A stretch of DNA of 64,000 nt from Bacteroidota bacterium (GTDB lineage Bacteria > Bacteroidota > Bacteroidia > UKL13-3): contig JAWXAU010000159.1 of assembly GCA_034439655.1 (NCBI GenBank), forward strand, positions 22,526 to 86,525, written 5' to 3'. A model generated the notes under the pieces. It saw nothing but the letters and a program-made list of their open reading frames with translations. It had not been told where the DNA came from and ran no database searches. Each line of letters begins with the position of its first letter. The first letter of the stretch is position 1. Position numbers and translations under genes: made by a program. This document shows positions 37,288-47,879 of this stretch, in pieces.

Positions 37288-38379
37288 ATGGAAGAAATCA
37301 TAATACCCTCCGAAAAACTGCACCGCTTTGTGGTTCAAGTATTTGAACATGTCGGTTTTTCTGTTGATCATGCCACAGAAAGTGCAGATGCACTTTTGGA
37401 CGCCGATTTACGCGGAATCGACTCACATGGTGTCGCCCGTTTATCGGGTTATTTGCGATTACTGGAATCAGGCCGTGCCAATGCAAAACCAAATATATAT
37501 ATAACGCGTGAAACACCTTCTACCGCTAATATCGACGCCGATTTGGCTTTAGGTTTAGTGTCTGGAACTTATGCCATGCAAGTAGCGATACAAAAAGCAA
37601 AAAATGTAGGAACCTCATGGGTAACTGTTCATAACTCAAATCATTTTGGAATTGCTGCACACCATGCCATGAAAGCTTTACCACACGATATGATAGGAAT
37701 TGCGATGACGAATGCGAGTCCACTTGTTGCACCCGCAGGCAGCAAACAACGAATGCTTGGAACCAATCCGATGTGCTTTGCATTTCCTGCACACAATCAA
37801 AATCCCGTTGTGGTTGATACTGCAACTTCCGCAGCCGCAAATGGAAAATTGGAAATTGCACAACGCAAGAATAAATCTGTGCCCAAGGGCTGGGTACAAA
37901 CTGCAGATGGCGAAAATACAACCGATGCCAATGCGTTAAAAAATAAAGGTTCCTTGCTGCCTTTGGGCAGTTTTGAAGAGTTGGGCTATCATAAAGGTTA
38001 CGCTTTGGGAGCAGTGGTTGATATATTTTCTGGCGTATTGGGAGGTGCGAATTTTGGCCCTTTTGTTCCACCCTTTGTCAGTTTTTTGCCTGTATTGCCC
38101 AATGCCCCCGGCAAAGGAATCGGGCATATATTTGGAGTGATACGTGTGGATGCTTTCCAAGAGTTGGATGACTATTATAAAAATATGGATTTGTGGATTG
38201 AAACATTTAAAAAGTCAACTCCAATTAATATAGAAAAACCTGTTTTAATTCCTGGCGAACCAGAGCATAATAATGCGGAGTATCGTATGCTATATGGAAT
38301 CCCCTTACATAAATTAGTATATGATGATTTGGTGGAAATAGGAGAGAAGTATGATATAGAAGGAATAAGGAAGGAATAA
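37288..38379 (+). CDS. Ldh_2 family (malate/L-lactate/ureidoglycolate-type) NAD(P)H oxidoreductase
   Basis: About 360 aa. DLRGIDSHGVARL and overall pattern match the PF02615 family. Confidence 0.65.
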   Translation: MEEIIIPSEKLHRFVVQVFEHVGFSVDHATESADALLDADLRGIDSHGVARLSGYLRLLESGRANAKPNIYITRETPSTANIDADLALGLVSGTYAMQVAIQKAKNVGTSWVTVHNSNHFGIAAHHAMKALPHDMIGIAMTNASPLVAPAGSKQRMLGTNPMCFAFPAHNQNPVVVDTATSAAANGKLEIAQRKNKSVPKGWVQTADGENTTDANALKNKGSLLPLGSFEELGYHKGYALGAVVDIFSGVLGGANFGPFVPPFVSFLPVLPNAPGKGIGHIFGVIRVDAFQELDDYYKNMDLWIETFKKSTPINIEKPVLIPGEPEHNNAEYRMLYGIPLHKLVYDDLVEIGEKYDIEGIRKE

Positions 38380-38454
38380 GGAGTAAGGAGTAAGGAGTAA
38401 GGCCATACGGCAGATGGCATGCCCACTTGCTCCTTACTCCTTACCCCTTACTCC
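38380..38454 (+). terminator. long perfect-ish hairpin built from mirrored AAGGAGT x3 tandem units (putative terminator)
   Basis: ggagtaaggagtaaggagtaagg...ccttactccttaccccttactcc starts at the first nt after the Ldh_2 stop codon. About 23-bp stem. Confidence 0.5.
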
Positions 38455-38480
38455 TAAAATAAAAATATAAAATTCAAAAC

Positions 38481-39212
38481 ATGAAAATAGCATTAGTCGG
38501 TTACGGTAAATTATCCAAAATAGTTGAACAAGTTGCAAAAGAACGTGGACATGAAATTGGGTTGATTATTAACTCACAAAATTTGCATGAATTTACCCAA
38601 GAAAATATATCAAAATGCGAGGTGGTTATCGAACTTAGCACTCCCGAAAATGCATTTGATAATATATTAAGATGTATAGATTTTAAAATACCTGTGGTGA
38701 GCGGAACTACTGGGTGGTACACGCATTTGCATGATGCAGAAAAATATTGTGTAGAACAAAACGCTTGTATGCTTACGGCAACTAATTTTAGTCCGGGCGT
38801 GAATATATTTTTTAAAATTAATGAACAGTTGGCAGGATATATAAACAAATTAAAAGACTATCATATATCTATCGACGAAATACATCATATACATAAAAAA
38901 GATCATCCAAGTGGAACAGCTTCTACATTGGCTGCGGGAATTTTTGCAAACCACAAGGACTATCATACTATCAAAGCTTCTTTGGAAAATGAAAGTATGG
39001 AAATAAATTCAGGAGAATTGTCCATTTTAAGCAGACGAGATGGTGAAGTTCCTGGAACACATCAGGTGAATTATGATAGTGCTATTGATTCCATTCAAAT
39101 TACGCACACCGCCCATAACCGCAATGGCTTTGCACTGGGAGCTGTTTTGGCGGCTGAGTATATATATAATAAGCAAGGGGTTTATTATATGAGTGATGTT
39201 TTGGGCTTGTAA
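38481..39212 (+). CDS. dapB: 4-hydroxy-tetrahydrodipicolinate reductase DapB
   Basis: MKIALVGYGKLSKIVEQVAKERGHEI N-terminus and C-terminal ITHTAHNRNGFALGAVLAAEYI are both characteristic of DapB. 243 aa. Confidence 0.8.
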   Translation: MKIALVGYGKLSKIVEQVAKERGHEIGLIINSQNLHEFTQENISKCEVVIELSTPENAFDNILRCIDFKIPVVSGTTGWYTHLHDAEKYCVEQNACMLTATNFSPGVNIFFKINEQLAGYINKLKDYHISIDEIHHIHKKDHPSGTASTLAAGIFANHKDYHTIKASLENESMEINSGELSILSRRDGEVPGTHQVNYDSAIDSIQITHTAHNRNGFALGAVLAAEYIYNKQGVYYMSDVLGL

Positions 39213-39377
39213 CAATACTCATTAGAAGCAGAATATTTTAACCACAGTGTTACACAGAGTTGGGCACAGAGTTTCACTGAGGGGGACAGCTTGTTAGACT
39301 TTCCACACCAATTCGTGCAAAGTTTCTTCATAAAGAAATGGTGGGGTTGCCTTATTCTCAAATAACTTTGCACCATC

Positions 39378-41228
39378 ATGGCAAAATCAACTTATAACGA
39401 AGACAGCATACGCTCGCTCGACTGGAAAGAGCACATACGCCTAAGGCCGGGCATGTATATAGGCAAACTGGGCGATGGCTCAGCAATGGATGACGGTATT
39501 TATGTGCTAGTAAAAGAAATCATTGACAACAGTATAGACGAGCATGTAATGGGCAATGGTAAAACCATAGAAATCACTATATCTGACCACAAAGTAATGG
39601 TTCGTGACTTTGGCCGCGGTATCCCATTGGGCAAGGTGATAGACTGTGTAAGCAAAATTAATACAGGTGGGAAATATGATAGCAAGGCTTTCCAAAAAGC
39701 AGTGGGACTGAATGGTGTGGGAACAAAAGCGGTGAATGCCTTGTCGGCTTATTTTAAAGTGCAAAGTGTGAGAGATGGCCGTACTAAAATTGTTGAATTT
39801 GAACGCGGTGTTATACTAAAAGACCACAAGGAAGCAAAGACCACGGAGGAAAATGGAACTATTATAACTTTTACACCCGATGAAACCATCTTTAAAAACT
39901 ATAGATTTATTCCCGAGTTTTTAGAGAATCAAATTAAGAATTATGCATACCTAAATGCAGGCCTTGCACTATATTATAATAAACAAAAATTCCAATCAAA
40001 GAATGGGTTATTAGATTTGATGACGGAAAAAACGAATGAAGATACGAACCGTTATCCCATTATACATTTGAAAGGCGATGATATAGAAGTTGCCTTTACG
40101 CATGCCGACCAATATGGTGAAGAGTATTATGCATTTGTAAATGGACAGCATACAACCCAAGGTGGAACACATCTATCAGCTTTTCGTGAGGCGATGGTGA
40201 AAACCATTCGTGAGTTTTATAAAAAAGATTTTGAGGCTGCCGATGTTCGTGCATCTATTATAGCTGCAATTTCCGTAAGAGTGCAAGAGCCAGTGTTCGA
40301 AAGTCAAACAAAAACCAAACTAGGTTCGCAAAATATAGCACACGATGGGCCAACAGTTAAAATGTTTGTAAACGATTTTCTCAAAAAAGCACTAGATGAC
40401 TTCTTGCATAAAAACCCTTCGGTAGCAGATGCTCTACAGAAAAAAATAATGCAGAGTGAACGCGAACGCAAAGATATGGCAGGCATTAAAAAATTGGCCA
40501 ATGAGCGTGCAAAAAAAGCAAATCTTCATAATAAAAAATTACGCGATTGCCGTTTTCATTTGGGCGAGGAGAGTGATGACAAAACGATGGAAACTACTTT
40601 GTTTATTACCGAGGGCGACTCGGCTAGTGGCTCGCTCACCAAAAGTCGCAAAGTAGAAACACAAGCTGTATTTAGTTTGCGTGGCAAGCCTTTGAATTGT
40701 TACGGGCTTACTAAAAAAGTAGTATATGAAAACGAAGAATTTAATTTATTACAACATGCACTTAATATAGAAGATGGTATTGAAGGTTTGCGTTATAACC
40801 GCATAGTAGTAGCCACCGATGCCGATGTGGATGGAATGCATATACGTTTGTTGTTGCTCACTTTTTTCTTACAATTTTTTCCTGATATTGTTCGCAACGG
40901 ACATGTATTTATTTTGGAAACACCATTGTTCAGGGTAAGGAATAAACAAAAAACTATATATTGTTATGATGAAGCAGAAAAGCAAGTTGCCATGACGGAG
41001 CTTGGCAGCAAGCCTGAGATAACGCGTTTCAAAGGACTGGGAGAAATATCTCCGGGCGAGTTTGAGCAGTTCATTGGTGACCACATGCGATTGGTTCCTG
41101 TATTCTTAAAATCAGATTCTAATATACAAAAAATGCTCGAATACTTTATGGGCAAAAACACACCTGACAGGCAAACATTTATTATAGATAATTTGCGTGT
41201 GGAATTGGATGATTTGGTGGAGGCATAG
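39378..41228 (+). CDS. parE: type IIA DNA topoisomerase subunit B (topoisomerase IV ParE-type, 616 aa)
   Basis: GHKL ATPase ([14 protein letters not shown]), transducer, TOPRIM (EGDSA...) domains. Lacks the long GyrB insertion, consistent with topo IV B. Confidence 0.7.
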   Translation: MAKSTYNEDSIRSLDWKEHIRLRPGMYIGKLGDGSAMDDGIYVLVKEIIDNSIDEHVMGNGKTIEITISDHKVMVRDFGRGIPLGKVIDCVSKINTGGKYDSKAFQKAVGLNGVGTKAVNALSAYFKVQSVRDGRTKIVEFERGVILKDHKEAKTTEENGTIITFTPDETIFKNYRFIPEFLENQIKNYAYLNAGLALYYNKQKFQSKNGLLDLMTEKTNEDTNRYPIIHLKGDDIEVAFTHADQYGEEYYAFVNGQHTTQGGTHLSAFREAMVKTIREFYKKDFEAADVRASIIAAISVRVQEPVFESQTKTKLGSQNIAHDGPTVKMFVNDFLKKALDDFLHKNPSVADALQKKIMQSERERKDMAGIKKLANERAKKANLHNKKLRDCRFHLGEESDDKTMETTLFITEGDSASGSLTKSRKVETQAVFSLRGKPLNCYGLTKKVVYENEEFNLLQHALNIEDGIEGLRYNRIVVATDADVDGMHIRLLLLTFFLQFFPDIVRNGHVFILETPLFRVRNKQKTIYCYDEAEKQVAMTELGSKPEITRFKGLGEISPGEFEQFIGDHMRLVPVFLKSDSNIQKMLEYFMGKNTPDRQTFIIDNLRVELDDLVEA

Positions 41229-41327
41229 TGACTGCTGATATCCCCAGTTTTGAATTTTGAATTGAATAAAGGGGAGCAACTTCAGCTACATTCACATAAA
41301 TTTGTACCATATAAAATTAATTAATTT

Positions 41328-41639
41328 ATGAGGTCAATTATAATTATACTTTTAGTTTACCTAACACTAGTAGGTTGTTCAAATGGAAAAATAGATTATA
41401 GGAAAACTAAAAACGGATGTATAGTTTTTAATTCAAGTGATGACTATGCCAAGGATAGCCTTAAAGAGCACAAGGAAGAACCGAATACTGTCAGAATTCT
41501 TTCTGAAGAAGAAAAAATATTTGAAGATAAGCAAAAAGAATCATCTGAAGCATATTTAGTCAACACCTCGAAATCTCATATAATATCATTTACTGTAAAG
41601 TTTCTTCGGAGGATACTGCGGATGAGTCACAAACAGTAG
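41328..41639 (+). CDS. hypothetical lipoprotein (103 aa)
   Basis: LVYLTLVGCSNG lipobox. Followed by an in-frame coding-looking extension after the TAG stop. Confidence 0.35.
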   Translation: MRSIIIILLVYLTLVGCSNGKIDYRKTKNGCIVFNSSDDYAKDSLKEHKEEPNTVRILSEEEKIFEDKQKESSEAYLVNTSKSHIISFTVKFLRRILRMSHKQ

Positions 41640-41857
41640 TATATAATTTGAATCCAGGTCAAGAAAATTCTTTGGGTTGCAGCATGTTTTGGGAATTTGG
41701 GTCAGAGAAAATTTTAAAAAGAAAGTTTGAAATCGTAGGGGAGGTAATAGATAAATAATATATGCCAAACACCTTTTCACAAAAATATATTCAGGTTGTG
41801 TTTACAGGGAAGTACAGGGAAGCTTTAATTGATTTAGCTTGGGAGGAAAGATTATAT

Positions 41858-42025
41858 AATACCGACACTCAATATATAATAGTCCAAAAGAAAGGGACTA
41901 ATCCCCCCGCATCCCGATAATTATCGGGATTAAGCGGGGCTTTCGTGATGTAGTTCGGTATTACCATTCTAAAAACTAAATCCGCCACAGGCGGAGAACT
42001 ATTTTAGTTTAAGAATTGGTATAAA
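41858..42025. repeat. interspersed repeat element, copy C (long form, inverted orientation relative to copy A)
   Basis: Reverse complement aligns almost base-for-base with copy A, including the CCCGATAATTATCGGG palindrome segment. Confidence 0.8.
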
Positions 42026-42160
42026 TATATAACAGGTATATCAAAACAAAGAAAACATTCTTATTGCATAAAAACTTGGTGAAATTAAATGTTGATCTCG
42101 CTTTTTTGTTATCATATATATATATATCACTATATTTGTAGTAATTATAATAAAAATTTA

Positions 42161-42571
42161 ATGCGAAAATTATATATAGACATTGACGGAATTATCCTCG
42201 CATCCCGACCAACTAAAGTGGCAAATTTTGCAATCCCTTTTATACATTACATCATCGAAAATTTCGATTGCTATTGGCTAACAACGCACTGCAAAGGTAA
42301 TACAACGAATGTGATGAGGTATTTGAAAAAGTATTTCGATGAGGATACAATGAAACTGTTGATGAAAATAAAACCCACAAATTGGAAAAATTTAAAAACA
42401 GAAGCAATAGATTTTACAACTGATTTTATATGGATAGAAGATAATCCTTTGGAAGAAGAACGAGCTATATTAAAAAAGCACTATGCGGAGAAAAAAGTAT
42501 TACTATTGGAAGAAAAAAATCCTGATGCCTTATTGCAATTAATATCAACTTTTAGAAAATTCAATAGCTAA
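42161..42571 (+). CDS. HAD-like small phosphatase-fold protein (HAD_SAK-type), paralog of 16282..16761
   Basis: [15 protein letters not shown] (DxDG motif). Start moved from track ORF 42089 to ATG 42161. The upstream 24 codons look spurious. Confidence 0.5.
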   Translation: MRKLYIDIDGIILASRPTKVANFAIPFIHYIIENFDCYWLTTHCKGNTTNVMRYLKKYFDEDTMKLLMKIKPTNWKNLKTEAIDFTTDFIWIEDNPLEEERAILKKHYAEKKVLLLEEKNPDALLQLISTFRKFNS

Positions 42572-42590
42572 TCGTTATAATATAATAACC

Positions 42591-43007
42591 ATGGAAAATC
42601 AAAAACTACCATTGCCTCCATTTACTTTGGAAACTGCTCTTCAAAAAATAAAAATGGCTGAAGATGCTTGGAATAGCAAAGACCCAGAGCGTGTATGTAT
42701 GGCTTATACCATTGATACCGAATGGAGAAATCGGAAGGAATTTATTAATGGCCGTGAAGAAGTAAAAGCATTTTTAAAACGCAAATGGGAAGCAGAGAAA
42801 CATTATAAACTTAAAAAAGAATTGTGGGCATTTAGAGAAAATAGAATCGCAGTTCGTTTTGAATATGAATACCAAGACGCTAACGGGCAATGGTGGCGGG
42901 CCTATGGCAATGAAAATTGGGAGTTTGATGAAAATGGTTTCATGGCAAAAAGATATGCCAGCATTAATGATTTAGCTATTAATGAAACTGACAGAAAATT
43001 ATTGTAA
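42591..43007 (+). CDS. DUF1348-family (SnoaL-like fold) protein
   Basis: [29 protein letters not shown]...[22 protein letters not shown] matches the conserved DUF1348 sequence. Confidence 0.75.
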   Translation: MENQKLPLPPFTLETALQKIKMAEDAWNSKDPERVCMAYTIDTEWRNRKEFINGREEVKAFLKRKWEAEKHYKLKKELWAFRENRIAVRFEYEYQDANGQWWRAYGNENWEFDENGFMAKRYASINDLAINETDRKLL

Positions 43008-43025
43008 TTTATTATATTAAATAGC

Positions 43026-43817
43026 TTGATGAAATATACACCGACACTAAGCAAAATTACTATATATCCGGTAAAATCACTCGATGGGATTTCCTTACAG
43101 AAAGCGGTGGTGACGCATGGTGGGTGCCTGTTGCATGATAGAGAATATGCAATTACAAATGAGGAAGGAAACTATATTATTGGTAAGTCTAATCCATTAG
43201 TGCATAGCCTACGAACGGAATTCGATTTAGAAAACAGTATCATATCTTTTCGACGTCAAAATGAAAGCATTGTAAGTCAATTTAATTTAACGAATGAACG
43301 CTCGCTAATTGAAAAATATCTTTCTGATTATTTTGGAGAATATATAAAATTTCACCAAAATAAAACTGGGCGTTTTTTGGATATACCCGATTTAAGTGGT
43401 GTTACAGTTATTTCGAATAGTAGTCTCGAAACTGTTTCATCATGGTATAATAATTTAGATGTGGAGGAAGCTAGAAGAAGATTTAGAGCAACATTAGAAA
43501 TAGCGAATGTACCTGCTTTTTGGGAGGATTATTTATTCACTGCTGACGGTTCCCGTGTTGAATTTAAAATAGGAGAGGTTACCATACAAGGGGTGAATCC
43601 CCGAGCGAGATGTGTCGTCCCAACCCGTCATCCGCTTACAGGTGAGGTTTTATTTGGATTCCCAAAAATATTTGCTAAACATCGTGCAGAAACTTTGCCA
43701 GTGTGGTCAGCATTAGAATCGCACGGGCATTATTATCATTTATCGGTTGATTGTTATATCGCTCCTTCTGAAATTGGCAAATCATTATCGGTAGGAGATG
43801 AATTGAGAATAGGGTAA
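43026..43817 (+). CDS. MOSC-domain protein (MOSC N-terminal beta-barrel + MOSC)
   Basis: KITIYPVKSLDGISL N-terminal beta-barrel motif and conserved Cys in ARCVVPT region. 263 aa. Confidence 0.65.
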   Translation: MMKYTPTLSKITIYPVKSLDGISLQKAVVTHGGCLLHDREYAITNEEGNYIIGKSNPLVHSLRTEFDLENSIISFRRQNESIVSQFNLTNERSLIEKYLSDYFGEYIKFHQNKTGRFLDIPDLSGVTVISNSSLETVSSWYNNLDVEEARRRFRATLEIANVPAFWEDYLFTADGSRVEFKIGEVTIQGVNPRARCVVPTRHPLTGEVLFGFPKIFAKHRAETLPVWSALESHGHYYHLSVDCYIAPSEIGKSLSVGDELRIG

Positions 43818-43827
43818 ACCGCAGTCT

Positions 43828-45606
43828 TTAAAAATTATTCACATACCCCAAATGTACCCTTCCATTCGCAACACTGAAAGGCGTTCCCGCAGTTTGACCC
43901 AAAGCATAAAAAAGTTTTAAAATACCGCCACCAGTTTTTAATTGTACCCCTGCTCCCACACTATATATAATATTTTGGGTATAGCCTTTATCCCACTTTT
44001 TTTCGTACCAACCACTATTTAGAAATGCAACTGCGTGAGAGTATGTAGAAAGTAAATATCTATATTCATAATTGCTAATGGCGTAAGTGGTAGCAAATAT
44101 GGATTGCTCGTTAAAACCCCTCACCGTATTGAGTCCGCCGATACGATACATATCATTTTGAAATATATGGTTGATAAAATTTGCACCTCCGTTTAAGCTC
44201 CATAGCACGCAGGAGTATTTACTGACTTTTATATATATATTACTTTTAAAAATTAGTTTATACTGAACGGTATTTAGTTTAATACTATCATATATATGAT
44301 AGGAATCACCTTGTTGACTTTTAAATATCATATCATTTATTTGTTTATTTTTTTGCAAATTACGCAAGCCTACTTGTGCTGTAGCGTCTATCGAATATCC
44401 TTTCAGTGGATTGGGTGCAAAATCTAATTTTTTTAGGCTAATATTAATACCATAATTCCCTGCGGTTAAGTCATTGAAATTGGGTAATTGCCTTGTTTGT
44501 CGGATAGCGAGAGTATCTATATTGAGTAAAAATATATTTTGGTGTTCGTAAAAAACCCTAAGATAATTCGATGGATTGGGCTGATAGCGAAAACCAATTT
44601 GTGTATTCACATCTATATAAGTAGTATCAAATTTCAGTACAGAAATAGCTGCGTCCACCCCTAAAGGGCTTTTCAAGAAATTGGGTACATTTACTTTAGT
44701 TTTAAAATCTTGTGAGTTGCCCGCAAAGCTGCGGTAATCCAAAGTAGTTTCAACACCGCGGTTAAATAAATTTGGGATTTGCAAATGGAATTCACCTGTT
44801 AGTATAAAGCTACGTTTGCCTGTTTCATCGGGTTGTAACCCAACTACTCCATCAAAATTATTGGCCTTGCTCTGGTTCAAAAAAATGCGAACCTTTGCCT
44901 TGCTTCCTTCAAAATATACTTGGATGGGTTTATATACTGCAACAAAACTTAGTTGTCGTAATTTATTGTCGGCAGAAACGATCATAGATTCATTATAGTT
45001 AGTCCCTTTTTTAACCCCTATATAATATTCGATATAGCTTTGCCGTATTTTCGCATCGCCTATCACTTCTACCTGATCTATGATAAACTGTGGCCCTGCG
45101 TTGAATATGAGGTTTGCTTCAACAATACGTTCAGTTAAAGTAGTAGGCTTTATATAGAAACTCGCAAAAGGATATCCATTATTTTCATAGATATTTAAAA
45201 ATTTTTGTATCGATTTTTCTAGAGCTAAACCTGTTGCTTTATTTCCCACTATATGATATATATTTTTGGTATCAACTTGCAAAATATTGGAAGTATCGTT
45301 GAAACTTTTTATGATATATTCATATTTGAAACCCTTTGAAATATACAATTCAAATGAAGAGTCTTTATTGCTGATTTCGATGTTGGGGTTCATATATCCA
45401 AAAGCAGCCAGTGTTCCCTTTACTTTTTCAAGCAGTTGGGGAAGGTGAAAGGAATCTGCTTGAAATTTGCGGTTGAACGATTTGTACAAAGCCAAATCCT
45501 GGCTTGAATCGGAAAGTGTGATATGGACAGGCAAAATCCTTTGTGCATTTGCCACTGAACAAGCAAATACCAATACAAATACGCCTATTATTTTCCGAAC
45601 AATCAT
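43828..45606 (-). CDS. outer-membrane beta-barrel protein (Omp85/BamA-like?)
   Basis: Signal peptide MIVRKIIGVFVLVFACSVANAQ. C-terminal aromatic residue (..YVNNF). Alternating beta-strand pattern. Start set at ATG 45606 (complement). Confidence 0.4.
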   Translation of the reverse strand: MIVRKIIGVFVLVFACSVANAQRILPVHITLSDSSQDLALYKSFNRKFQADSFHLPQLLEKVKGTLAAFGYMNPNIEISNKDSSFELYISKGFKYEYIIKSFNDTSNILQVDTKNIYHIVGNKATGLALEKSIQKFLNIYENNGYPFASFYIKPTTLTERIVEANLIFNAGPQFIIDQVEVIGDAKIRQSYIEYYIGVKKGTNYNESMIVSADNKLRQLSFVAVYKPIQVYFEGSKAKVRIFLNQSKANNFDGVVGLQPDETGKRSFILTGEFHLQIPNLFNRGVETTLDYRSFAGNSQDFKTKVNVPNFLKSPLGVDAAISVLKFDTTYIDVNTQIGFRYQPNPSNYLRVFYEHQNIFLLNIDTLAIRQTRQLPNFNDLTAGNYGINISLKKLDFAPNPLKGYSIDATAQVGLRNLQKNKQINDMIFKSQQGDSYHIYDSIKLNTVQYKLIFKSNIYIKVSKYSCVLWSLNGGANFINHIFQNDMYRIGGLNTVRGFNEQSIFATTYAISNYEYRYLLSTYSHAVAFLNSGWYEKKWDKGYTQNIIYSVGAGVQLKTGGGILKLFYALGQTAGTPFSVANGRVHLGYVNNF

Positions 45607-45751
45607 TTTGCTACGAATTACACGAATTATTCCGAATGTTAAACCAATTGTTTTTATAAAACATTCCAAACTGTTTTATAAATTTACAATGGTAATGCCA
45701 ATAATACATGAAAATAGCATAATAACCTTTGTGTAAATTGGACTATGTTGA

Positions 45752-46765
45752 ATGTTAAATCGATATTATTCACATAAATTTGCAGAAATTTTTTTATACG
45801 TGGAATCGCTCATACAATTGCTCAACAAAGGCATCAATGATTATAATACCGCAACGCAAGATTACCAGACTGCTGAGCAACAAAAATACCTAATGGATTT
45901 AGGTGGCAAGCGGGTACGTCCGCTGCTGGCTTTAATCTCGTGTCAAATGTTTGGCAAAGACCCCGAGGCCGCATTACCTGCTGCACTGGCCGTAGAGGTA
46001 TTTCATAATTTTAGTTTGGTACACGATGATATCATGGACCAAGCACCGATGCGAAGGGGCAAAGAAACTGTACATCAAAAATGGAATCCTGCAACTGCGA
46101 TTCTCACAGGCGATGTGATGTTGGTGAATGCTTATGAATTGCTGCTACAACTTGATAATGATGTGCTCAAACAATCGATGGAATTATTCAGCACCACAGC
46201 CATTCAAGTATGCGATGGACAAATGTTGGACATGAGTTTTGAAGACAAAGCAGAAGTTAGTATTAACGAATATATAAATATGATAACTCTAAAGACCGCA
46301 GTATTACTGGGCTGTTCGCTCAAGCTGGGAGCTATTGTGGCACAAGCCCCCCATACTTTTGCCAATCATTTATACCATTTTGGGGTGAAACTGGGAATCT
46401 CTTTTCAATTGCAAGATGATATATTGGATGTGTATGCAGAAGGTGATGCGTTTGGCAAACAAATAGGAGGTGATATACTGGCCAATAAAAAAACTTTTTT
46501 ACTTATTTCTGCAATGGAAAAAGCAACAGGCGAAGATAAAAAATTATTAGATTTTTGGTTGACCCATCCCAATCCTGAGCCTCGTGACAAAGTAAAAGCT
46601 ATAACAGAACTGTATAATAAATTGGGAATTGCAGCACAGGCAAAAAACATGATGGAAAACTATTATAATGACGCAATGGACCTATTGGCAGCAGTGGAAG
46701 TAAACCCAGAAGCTAAACAACCATTATATAAATTGGCACAGCAATTATTGAACAGAAATTCTTAA
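45752..46765 (+). CDS. polyprenyl synthetase family (trans-isoprenyl diphosphate synthase: FPP/GGPP/longer)
   Basis: First Asp-rich motif LVHDDIMD and second QLQDDILD (DDxxD). 337 aa. Confidence 0.85.
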   Translation: MLNRYYSHKFAEIFLYVESLIQLLNKGINDYNTATQDYQTAEQQKYLMDLGGKRVRPLLALISCQMFGKDPEAALPAALAVEVFHNFSLVHDDIMDQAPMRRGKETVHQKWNPATAILTGDVMLVNAYELLLQLDNDVLKQSMELFSTTAIQVCDGQMLDMSFEDKAEVSINEYINMITLKTAVLLGCSLKLGAIVAQAPHTFANHLYHFGVKLGISFQLQDDILDVYAEGDAFGKQIGGDILANKKTFLLISAMEKATGEDKKLLDFWLTHPNPEPRDKVKAITELYNKLGIAAQAKNMMENYYNDAMDLLAAVEVNPEAKQPLYKLAQQLLNRNS

Positions 46766-46851
46766 TTTCCATATAACAATAAATTCTGAATAGTATACAA
46801 AATGCCTTTGGTTGTCCTGAATGCATTCGGGACCGCCGACCACTAATTACT

Positions 46852-47223
46852 TTAATTTCCGTACAACAATAAATTTTCTTGGGTCTTGTTTCCTTTTTTA
46901 TCGGAAGCTTCAATATGCAAAACAAATGTTGACTTGGTAGAATACGTCAAGGTCCACGATTTTTGTACTTTGATTTGTTTTAACCCCACACTCTCTGTTT
47001 GCACCAATTCTTCTTTTTGCGTAGTTTCATTACTCAGTTTCATGCTGTAACTACTTATCTCTTCATTGTCCGATACCAAAAAATCGATATTGAGCACATC
47101 GCCTTTATTAATATGCTTACCATCAAATGGATTGTTTATGTTGATGCCCGGCGGGTATGGGTCTTTGCTATTGCAGCACATAAAAAAGAAGATAATTAAA
47201 TAAAAGAGTATATTTTTTTTCAT
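46852..47223 (-). CDS. hypothetical lipoprotein
   Basis: MKKNILFYLIIFFFMCCNSKD signal/lipobox. Start set at ATG 47223 (complement). Confidence 0.35.
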   Translation of the reverse strand: MKKNILFYLIIFFFMCCNSKDPYPPGININNPFDGKHINKGDVLNIDFLVSDNEEISSYSMKLSNETTQKEELVQTESVGLKQIKVQKSWTLTYSTKSTFVLHIEASDKKGNKTQENLLLYGN

Positions 47224-47283
47224 TATTGTTCTGCAAATAAACGAAAGGGTTTCGTTATTTGCAGCAAAATTACAAAAGAAACA

Positions 47284-47772
47284 ATGCAAATAAGAATTAT
47301 CGTTACGGGAGGCACTTTCGACAAAGAGTATAATGAACTCAATGGGCAATTATTTTTCAAAGAGACGCACTTGCACGATATGCTTGGTCTGGGGCGTTGC
47401 CTGTTGAATGTTTCCGTCGATATTCCGATGCTTATCGATAGTCTCGACATGACTGATAAAGACCGAGAAATTATAGCTGCTGAGATTTCTAAATGCAGCG
47501 AAGACCGTTTGGTAATTACACACGGTACTGATACGATGGTGGATACCGCTACGTATCTAGCTGCAAAAAAATATAATAAAACTATCATACTAACAGGGGC
47601 CATGGTACCCTACAAATTTGGTAGTAGCGATGGATTATTTAATTTAGGTTCGGCATTAGCATTTGCTCAAACTTTGCCGCATGGCGTATATGTAGCAATG
47701 AATGGTCGTTATTTTAACTGGAACAATGTGTGGAAGAATAAGGCCTTTGGGGTTTTTGAGGAGAAGGGGTAA
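47284..47772 (+). CDS. asparaginase N-terminal-domain-like protein (162 aa, single domain)
   Basis: IVTGGTFDKEY (TGGTIA-like threonine motif) and ITHGTDTMVDTA (hGTDTM motif) of the L-asparaginase N-domain. No C-terminal domain present. Confidence 0.5.
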   Translation: MQIRIIVTGGTFDKEYNELNGQLFFKETHLHDMLGLGRCLLNVSVDIPMLIDSLDMTDKDREIIAAEISKCSEDRLVITHGTDTMVDTATYLAAKKYNKTIILTGAMVPYKFGSSDGLFNLGSALAFAQTLPHGVYVAMNGRYFNWNNVWKNKAFGVFEEKG

Positions 47773-47879
47773 TAGGATTGGGGATTCAGTTCGCCGCGGC
47801 GAATGGGGTCGCGATGCGGATGAATTGAGTGTCTGAATGCCCGTGGTTGTGTGTTCCCACCAACCACAACATTGATATA

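Noticed and set aside
37526-38160. Minus-strand ORFs of 181 and 74 aa
   Set aside because: Antisense within the Ldh_2 gene, with Gln/His-rich nonsense translation. Spurious.
38380-38454. AAGGAGT tandem units as a possible CRISPR-like or microsatellite array
   Set aside because: Only three units per arm, arranged as a perfect inverted repeat, so it is a hairpin and not an array with spacers.
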